From: Andalucia godoyi And28
Taxonomy: Eukaryota; Protista; Jakobida
DNA length: 64,000 nucleotides
Direction: 5' to 3'
Assembly: GCA_009859145.1 (NCBI GenBank)
Contig: VRVR01000043.1
Span: forward strand, 82,721-146,720
Below the pieces are notes generated by a model. That model searched no databases and was not told the DNA's origin. It saw only the letters and a program-made list of their open reading frames with translations. Below, piece by piece: positions 53,101 to 60,690 of the stretch (its first letter is position 1; each line of letters opens with the position of its first letter). The position numbers and the translations under genes are program-made.

Positions 53101-54187
53101 CAGTGATGGTACAAGCTTTGCCAGCAGTACAAGCAGTGCATTGCGAAGCCAAAGACAGTCCTTCAACGTTCGAAAACGTTCCAGCCGGACAGTTGGTCGG
53201 TGACGTAGCGCCTGGTGTGCAATAGCGGCCAACGGGACAGAGGCCATTTGACGATGGATAAGCACCGGCCGTCGTTGGATTCGGAATAACAGATCCGGAT
53301 GCACACCAATGTCCAGATGAGCACAGCAAGGACGGCTGAATGATGCCACTCGTCGGGCAATAGAATCCCGTGCTGCACGGGAAGCAATCCGAGGACGTGG
53401 AAAGACCGGTAATATTGTTGAATGTTCCAGCAGGGCACGGAGTCCCATCTACAGCCCCAGATGGACAGTACCTTCCCGTTTGACATGGAAGAGTGGCCGT
53501 CATGTTCGCGAACGGGCACATACGACCTGTGTCGCAGACATCACAAGACACCTTGCCTTGGACAGGAGAATACTTTCCCGCTGGACAGCCACTCGGAGCT
53601 GCAGAATTCGCAGGACAGTAATAGCCAATGGGGCAGACATATCCAGTTAATCCATCGTTAGGAGTCGGGCTGGAAGCACCACGGACGCATACGTACCCCG
53701 CAGAACACACTCCATACTTGTCAGTTGTAGAGTTTGCATTTGGACAATAATAGCCTGGTGAACAAGGGAGGCATGAATCATTCTGGGCATATTGTCCCGC
53801 AAACGGGTTGTATGTACCGGCCGGACACACAAGCGGGGCCGAAGAGCCTGTCGGACAATAGGCGCCGGGTGGGCATACGGCGCTAGATGGCGTGGAACTA
53901 TTTGATCCGCCAGTGCAGTAGTATCCAGCAGAGCAAAATCCCGTTGGTTCACGCAATCCGGATGACGCACAATACATCCCTGGAGTGCACGACTTGCATT
54001 GGGACACATCCCAGATACCAGTGACATTTGAGAATGTGCCAGAAGGACAAGGATACGACGCTGGAAGACCTGTGGAGGATGGGCAGTAGTATCCTTGAGG
54101 ACAAGGCTGTGGTTCGAGAGGATACCCAATCGCAATCGTAGAAGAGAACGCAACAGCCAGCAGAAGAGCACACAACGGCTTCCACAT
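44111..54187 (-). CDS. Giant type-I membrane protein: signal peptide, tandem Cys-rich CPxGxYCP (GCC2/GCC3, ephrin-receptor-like) repeats, one TM helix, long cytoplasmic coiled coil
   Basis: 3358-aa uninterrupted ORF. Signal peptide [21 protein letters not shown]; dozens of CPxG[YF]YCP units in the first ~1000 aa; TM [25 protein letters not shown] at about 50360-50432; E/K/R/Q-rich tail. Confidence 0.9.
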   Translation of the reverse strand: [3358 protein letters not shown]

Positions 54188-54701
54188 GGTTTGGGCGCGA
54201 ATTGGTATTGATGTGAATACGCGTAAATGAAATAAAGCAATATTACTTCGCTATGTTCAGTATCGCAATGTCGTTCGTAAGGTGATAAAATAATTAAAGG
54301 GGATCGATAAATAAATTTAAAAAACACTCGAAAACAACGTAAAAACCAAAAACGAAGAACAAGAAGCGCACAGAAAGAAGAAGAAAAGGAGATTCCCGTC
54401 TGTTCATGAAAGCTCCCGAACTCCGAAGAGGTGATGAAATACTAATACGGAAGCAATGCCAAGCACATAGTCCATCCACGCACATCAACGTCTACAAATC
54501 GCAACTCCCCGCCAGCTCCCACGAACAGAGCATCACTTGATGCAGTGCAGAACGTTACAGCACAGAACAGCTCGGTGTTTTTGGACGCAGACCAGGAAAA
54601 GAAAACAAGAAGAAAGGAAAAGGGAAAAAACACTTTTCGCAGATCGTCGCTGCGAGTTCTGGGCTTTTTTAACAATCTGTTTGCCACCGCGCCTGACTAC
54701 G

Positions 54702-55670
54702 ATGACGATTCCGCAATTTCTCGCTCCTCGCACACCGCGCCAGGATCCTCCCGTGGATCCTGCAACAGAAAACGTTCCGTTCGGAAGTGTCAGCAAGGAA
54801 GACACGCAGTATTTGTGGATGGACTGGAAGAATGTTCTTTTTCATCCTTGGAGAACACTAGAGGATTGTGACGTTGTTCTGGAGGACTTTGTCGATGGAA
54901 TCCGTACCAAGTCTTCCAGAATGTTTCTGTACGCTCCAATGGCGTTTTACTTTGCAATTTTCTTTCTCCATGTTTCTCCAATGATCTACATCATTGCAAT
55001 TGCTGTGAGCATTGTCCGCACAGTTCTTGTTTTCGGGCAACGCAAAATATACCAATTGCGCAAGATTGACCCAAGGAGAACAACAGCCACGGGAGCTCGC
55101 ATTCTCGCGTCTCGAAACCTCTCTCCGCGAGAAATATCGTACAACATCCCTTCCCCCGAGACGGAAGTAAATCTCGATTCTGTAGCGCGTCACAATCCGG
55201 TGTCTTCTCCGCTTTCCTATTTCTACAAGCTCATCAAAAATGGGAAGAAAGATTCAGACTCGAGAGGATACAGGACTGTTTGCGACAAGTGCTACGAACT
55301 GGCTTTGTGGGATCCGTCTCGTTCTTCATTGATATGGATCTGTTTTTCTTCTCCAGTACACGTATGCATTATGGCTGTTCTAGCTGGTTCCGAAGTGGAT
55401 TCGATGTGGAAATTTCTGTTTGTGTGCATGCTCCTGGCGCTTTCGTTGTTCTTCTATTTTGTCTGCTTGTCCTTCACTGAAATGGCAAATGACATGCAAA
55501 TCGTTCATAAGGAGGCTGTTGTGTGCGAAAGAGAGGCCGGCCAAAGTATCCTTGCTGCCGCCAGTCCGCGGAACAGCAGCAGCAGCCTCCCAATGCGTGC
55601 TTATCCAGGTGTCGATGGAGTAACGCGCCGACTTCCGTTTACTCCACTGTTGCAGACTCCTCCCAGTTGA
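54702..55670 (+). CDS. Nur1/Mug154 (DUF2418)-like nuclear-rim membrane protein
   Basis: Two pairs of TM helices and YELALWDPS...WICFSSPVHV...FTEMANDMQIVHKE, resembling the recalled Nur1/Mug154 motif. Likely ATG at 54702. Confidence 0.6.
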   Translation: MTIPQFLAPRTPRQDPPVDPATENVPFGSVSKEDTQYLWMDWKNVLFHPWRTLEDCDVVLEDFVDGIRTKSSRMFLYAPMAFYFAIFFLHVSPMIYIIAIAVSIVRTVLVFGQRKIYQLRKIDPRRTTATGARILASRNLSPREISYNIPSPETEVNLDSVARHNPVSSPLSYFYKLIKNGKKDSDSRGYRTVCDKCYELALWDPSRSSLIWICFSSPVHVCIMAVLAGSEVDSMWKFLFVCMLLALSLFFYFVCLSFTEMANDMQIVHKEAVVCEREAGQSILAAASPRNSSSSLPMRAYPGVDGVTRRLPFTPLLQTPPS

Positions 55671-56512
55671 CGTTTCTGCTGCGTGCTCCTTAAATTCTGC
55701 GTTCTTGTCCGTCGGACTGGTAATGCGCCAACGTATGCTGACTATTCTCGCCTTCTTGCTCATCGTTGGGCATCGATTTGCCTCGTGCCGATCTCCACCA
55801 ATGGTGGCTTGGTTTTATGGGGAAAAGTCCGGCATTGAAACCGATGTTGCTTACCAAAAAACCACTCCAAAAATATGTCTCGCATGCTGCGCCTCAAACA
55901 GATTTTTGGCGTAAAGGGACTTTTCACAATCCGCATCAGCGCCCATCCAATGAGTTCCCCTGTTGGGTGGGACATCCGTGGGTCTGCGCACCCCAAAAAA
56001 CAGAAACAACCTATTTTCCTGTTCAGAGCTCTCGAATGGATCAATTAGTGCATTCGCTAGAAACCGTTTGGACTTTTTGTGATCTTTCATTCTCTGTTTT
56101 CAATCGAGCAGATGTTGTATTTATTGTTGATTGGCAATGGTGTGCGCCACAGAGAGGCAGACAGACAGACAGACAGAGAGAGAGAGGGAGAGAGGCCGAG
56201 AGGCCCCCCGCGGCAGAGGAATCATCAATAACAAGGAATCGATCATGAGTATTCGACAGTTTCTCATTGGGCCTCGACTTGCACACCTACGCCGCCGCGA
56301 CACCAACAACAACGACAGCAACTGGTAGCATTCAACAGCAGCGTCGACGGCTGTAAACCAGCCATGCTATCCGATGATATATCACAGCCGTCCACCAGAC
56401 GTTTTGGGCTGGAGAGTTATTATACCAAAGTGAGATTTTTGGTGTTGACGGAAAATACTGCAAGGATCTGTTGAAAAGTTTGCAAGGCCAGGGCGGAGAG
56501 TTGCCAGAACGA

Positions 56513-57088
56513 ATGCGGGAATTCTTGGCTCTTGTGGGAAGACTGAAGACACAGTTGCGAACTGGCTGGACTCGGTATCTTCCAGATGGCGCTCGATGTG
56601 AATCCGTTTCTGATCACATGTACAGGATGTCGATTCTGTGTTTCACTGCGCCTGCGAATTTGAACCGGGATCGCTGTGTCCGCATGGCATTAGTTCACGA
56701 CTTGTGTGAGGCAATTTGCGGAGACATGGTTTTGGTATCCGATCTCGAGAATGAAGAAGACGCTAAAACTATTTTGTCTGTTCGTTCAAAGACCGAAAAA
56801 CACGAGATTGAAAAGAAGTCGCTTGCTGTTATTGTGGATGCTCTTCCAGAGAACCTGGAACACCTCAAACTCGAAATTGTCGAGCTATGGGAAGAGTATG
56901 AAAACCAATCAACAGACGAAGCACGGTTCGTGAAGGAGTGTGACAAGCTGGAGATGATCGTTCAGGCCTCCGACTATGAACACCAGTATCCTTCCATCAA
57001 TTTAGGAGAGTTCTACCGCGGGGTCCGAGGATTGATCAAAACTCCACATCTTCTGGACGTTCAAAAGGAAGTTGATAAAGAGCAATAG
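56513..57088 (+). CDS. HDDC2: HD-domain 5'-deoxynucleotidase, HDDC2/YGK1 family; start uncertain
   Basis: Motifs FLALVGRLKTQLRTGW, ESVSDHMYRM, MALVHDLCEAICGD, ELWEEYE and EARFVKECDKLEMIVQA. Confidence 0.9.
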   Translation: MREFLALVGRLKTQLRTGWTRYLPDGARCESVSDHMYRMSILCFTAPANLNRDRCVRMALVHDLCEAICGDMVLVSDLENEEDAKTILSVRSKTEKHEIEKKSLAVIVDALPENLEHLKLEIVELWEEYENQSTDEARFVKECDKLEMIVQASDYEHQYPSINLGEFYRGVRGLIKTPHLLDVQKEVDKEQ

Positions 57089-57292
57089 TTGGAACCACAA
57101 AAATTGGGGAGCGTGGGAAGCTAATAAAATGAAAACGTAACTTTCCACGCTGCGGTTTTTCTTCCAACGTTGAAAGTGCTGTCCACTTCGTCTTGTTCTT
57201 TCGCTTGTCAGTTTGTTGTTGTTTTTTAATTAAGAAAACGGGATCCTGGAACCACAGAAGAATCAGCAACTTTCACCAGACAAATTGGAGAT

Positions 57293-58252
57293 CTACTGTC
57301 TTTGCTTCTGAAAGTGTGCAATGACCTTCCCAAGACCCTCTGAGAGAGGTACGAGCGGCTCCCACCCCAAAACCTCCTTGGCCTTGGAAATGTTCGGCCT
57401 ACGTCGCTGGGGATCATCAACTACGGCATCCTTGAAAACGATCTTTGAGGTGCAGCCTGGAACCATTTTTCGCACAGTCTCTGCAATCTCCTTCACAGTA
57501 TACTCCGTTGGATTTCCAATATTAACTGGACCAGTCTCCGAGGGATGGTTCATAAGAGTCTGCAGGCCCCGGATCTGATCCTGCACAAAGCAAAACGACC
57601 GAGTTTGTAACCCATCTCCGTATATCGTAATGTCGCGGTTGTCCAGAGCTTGCGTAACAAAATTGGAAATCACACGTCCATCCGATGCGCTCAAGCGCGG
57701 GCCGTAAGTATTGAAGATCCGAACAACTCGAATTTGTGTTCCACGAGTTCGGGCGAAATCAAACATGAGAGTTTCTCCAATGCGCTTCCCTTCGTCGTAA
57801 CAAGCCCGAGGACCGGTGCATGAGACGTTGCCACGATAGTCTTCGACCTGAGGATGCACCAGCGGATCTCCGTACACCTCGGACGTAGACGTCACAAGAA
57901 TTCGTGCGCCAACAGCAGTAGCATACTCGAGGGCATACAACGTGCCTAAGAAACACGTCTTGGCAGTGTGAATTGGATCCTTCTGATACAGAGGCGGGGA
58001 TGCAGGGCAGGCCATATGATAGATCTGATTGAACTTGTTCTCCTCCAGCGAAGAATCAAAAGGTAAAACATTGATAACATCATGTTCCACAATCCGCAGG
58101 CGGTCACCAAAGTTGCGAATGGCATCCGCAAGGTTCTCGCGATTCCCTGTCTGAAAATTGTCCACAACCGTCACAAAATGCCCCTGCGAAAGAAGAGACT
58201 CCACCATGTGGGATCCCAAAAATCCGGAGCCGCCAGTTACAAGAATGCGCAT
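57293..58252 (-). CDS. UXS1: UDP-glucuronate decarboxylase (UDP-xylose synthase)
   Basis: Motifs MRILVTGGSGFLGSH, QIYHMACPASP, TSTSEVYGDP, RACYDEGKR, RIFNTYGPR, GDGLQTRSFCFV and DDPQRRRPNI. Confidence 0.95.
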   Translation of the reverse strand: MRILVTGGSGFLGSHMVESLLSQGHFVTVVDNFQTGNRENLADAIRNFGDRLRIVEHDVINVLPFDSSLEENKFNQIYHMACPASPPLYQKDPIHTAKTCFLGTLYALEYATAVGARILVTSTSEVYGDPLVHPQVEDYRGNVSCTGPRACYDEGKRIGETLMFDFARTRGTQIRVVRIFNTYGPRLSASDGRVISNFVTQALDNRDITIYGDGLQTRSFCFVQDQIRGLQTLMNHPSETGPVNIGNPTEYTVKEIAETVRKMVPGCTSKIVFKDAVVDDPQRRRPNISKAKEVLGWEPLVPLSEGLGKVIAHFQKQRQ

Positions 58253-58590
58253 GCTCGTGAGCCCAAACTGCCAACACGCAGAAGCACCTGAACAAAACAA
58301 ACAAAACAACAACAACAAAAAAGATGAAGAGAAGAAGAGAAGAAGAGGAGAAGAAGAAAAATAGACAACAAAATTATGCAAGAAAGCCGAAAAGGGGATG
58401 TGTCGAAAAACGTGGGTGTGCCGAAAGAAACCTGCGACACATCGCAGCCAGCCTGCCGCTGCACGCATTGGGATGGGAAACTTGAAGTCGCTGTGGTCCC
58501 AAAAAAGCAGATTTTTCGGCGTTTCACTCACTTTCACAGAAAAGATGGTGTCGTCTGAAGCACGAATGCACATCACGAAGCAAGTAGAAC

Positions 58591-59502
58591 ATGGGGCTTT
58601 CCAAGAAAATATTTTCTCCAGCGGATGTGGATACGTTTGAGAGAACACGAGCATTCAAGTGTTATCTGCATCACATGCAGCAGCTGTCGGCGGCAGTACA
58701 AGGAAAGGCACTTCACAGTCCGTCGTATGTTTCTCCACATGATTCGGTGAGGAAAGTACAGGGCTTGCTTCATGAAATTAAGAGGTGGGTCATGGACATA
58801 GAGCCAATGCAACAACCCCAAAGGTTTGGAAACAAGGCGTTTCGGACGTTTCATTCCAAGTTGGTTTCGGATTCTGAAGCACTGATCCACAAGCATCTGC
58901 AGTTTGAGATTCAAACCGGACACCACGATGTCTCGGAGCTATGTGGTTATCTCCACGGAGGGTTCGGAAACGAGACGCGGATTGACTACGGAACAGGGCA
59001 TGAAGCTTCATTCTTCGGTTTCTTGATTGTTCTGCTTGAGTGGCAGTTTCTGGAAAGTGCCGCATACGAAGATGTTGTGCTCGTCGTGTTTTTCGAGTAC
59101 TTCCAGCTTGTCCGATTCATCTTGGAGCGATATAATTTGGAGCCTGCTGGATCCCATGGCGTTTGGGGCCTGGATGACTATCACTTTCTGCCATACGTCT
59201 TCGGAGCGTCGCAATTAATTGGAAATCCAGAGGGTATTCAGCCCCAGGATGTTATGAACGAGCTAACTGTGAAGCAATACGCAGGGAGCTATTTGTATGT
59301 GTGTTGTGTTGACATTATTCGTCAAATTAAACGTGGACCATTCGGAGAACATTCTCCGATGCTGCACAGCATTTCCCAGGTGCCGTCGTGGGAAAAGACT
59401 TTTCAGGGAATGGTGAAAATGTACCGAGCTGAAGTACTTCTCAAGTTCCCAGTAATCCAACACTTCTTGTTTGGAAACACATTGTCGTTTGTGCCAGTGT
59501 AG
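58591..59502 (+). CDS. PTPA: PP2A phosphotyrosyl phosphatase activator (PTPA/RRD)
   Basis: Motifs QRFGNKAFR, FGNETRIDYGTGHE, YNLEPAGSHGVWGLDDYHFLPYVFGASQL and MYRAEVLLKFPVIQHF. Confidence 0.95.
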   Translation: MGLSKKIFSPADVDTFERTRAFKCYLHHMQQLSAAVQGKALHSPSYVSPHDSVRKVQGLLHEIKRWVMDIEPMQQPQRFGNKAFRTFHSKLVSDSEALIHKHLQFEIQTGHHDVSELCGYLHGGFGNETRIDYGTGHEASFFGFLIVLLEWQFLESAAYEDVVLVVFFEYFQLVRFILERYNLEPAGSHGVWGLDDYHFLPYVFGASQLIGNPEGIQPQDVMNELTVKQYAGSYLYVCCVDIIRQIKRGPFGEHSPMLHSISQVPSWEKTFQGMVKMYRAEVLLKFPVIQHFLFGNTLSFVPV

Positions 59503-59928
59503 TCTTTTTGGTTTTACGGTTCCCCTTTCGTTGATACTCGTTGTTTGTTGTTGATTGGGACTCTTCCTGGCAGTTCTTGTGGACTCTCCATCTTTGAGAC
59601 TGGGTGATGTCCAATAAAAATTGGGTCTACGGAGAGAACCTCCCTTTTTGGTTTCCATTGTGATGTTGTTTGCTTGTTATGTTTTTGTTTTTGTTTATGT
59701 TTATGTTTATGTGTTGTTGTTGTTTTTTTGCAGACTGGACCAAAAATAACAGGAGACACGCGTTATAAAAAACGGTCATTCGTCCAGTAGTCGGAGCAGC
59801 TGTCGAATGTTCAAGTGACCGATGGTGCTCTTGAACAAAGATGCAGATGCAATGGAAACATAATCAGAAGAGAAAAAGAAAAAGAAGAAAAAACAAATTT
59901 CTGCAGTAGCACAAGACAGAAGAAGATC

Positions 59929-60690
59929 ATGGCATCCAAGGCTGCAAAGTTCCGCGTTGTGTTTGTCCGACATGGTGAATCTACATGGAATCGCGAAAAC
60001 CGATTCACGGGCTGGACAGATGTGGATCTGTCAGAAGCCGGACTCGAAGAAGCAAAGGGAGCTGGACGAGCCTTGGCAGAAGCCAAGTTGTCATTTGATT
60101 TGTGCTACACTTCCGTTCTGAAGAGAGCTATTCGGACAGCAAACTTTTGCTTGGAAAACTTGGACATGTTGTGGCTGCCTGTTCGAAAAGAATGGCGCCT
60201 GAACGAGCGGCATTATGGAGCTCTGCAAGGATTGAACAAGTCGGAAACTGCAGCAAAGCACGGTGAAGATCAGGTGAAAATCTGGAGACGCTCGTATGCC
60301 ATCCCGCCCCCACCACTGGAAAACGTCAACTATGCTGAGCTGTTGGTGGGGCCATATGCAGGGCTTTCCCCGGCAGAATTTCCGAAGTCGGAATCCCTGA
60401 AGGATACCGTCGACCGTGTTCTCCCTCTCTGGCTTGGACCAATGACCGATGATATCCGCAGTGGAAGGAACTTACTTGTCGTTGCTCACGGAAATTCTAT
60501 TCGTGCTCTCGTCAAATACTTGGACAATGTTCCCGAGGAAGAAATCGTCGAACTGAACATTCCAACGGGTATTCCGTTGGTGTATGAATTGGATGAGAAT
60601 CTTCGACCTATCAAGCACTACTATCTCGCCGATGAAAAGGTTCTTGGCGAGAAGATGGCGTCTGTCGCGAATCAGGGTAAGGCAAAATAA
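59929..60690 (+). CDS. gpmA: 2,3-bisphosphoglycerate-dependent phosphoglycerate mutase
   Basis: Motifs RHGESTWN...[43 protein letters not shown] and C-terminal [11 protein letters not shown] at 59929. Confidence 0.96.
   Translation: MASKAAKFRVVFVRHGESTWNRENRFTGWTDVDLSEAGLEEAKGAGRALAEAKLSFDLCYTSVLKRAIRTANFCLENLDMLWLPVRKEWRLNERHYGALQGLNKSETAAKHGEDQVKIWRRSYAIPPPPLENVNYAELLVGPYAGLSPAEFPKSESLKDTVDRVLPLWLGPMTDDIRSGRNLLVVAHGNSIRALVKYLDNVPEEEIVELNIPTGIPLVYELDENLRPIKHYYLADEKVLGEKMASVANQGKAK

Noticed and set aside
58546-58605. Possible 22-nt intron joining MVSSEARMHITKQ to the PTPA frame
   Set aside because: The donor is weak (GTAGAA), the intron is implausibly short, and the ATG at 58591 already gives a normal PTPA N-terminus.
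59815-59928. Upstream in-frame extensions in the ORF track for gpmA, GST, PMCA, the MUN protein, U2AF65 and the Nur1-like gene
   Set aside because: They begin mostly at GTG/TTG/CTG codons or run through A-rich or microsatellite leader sequence. Conserved homology starts at the downstream ATG.
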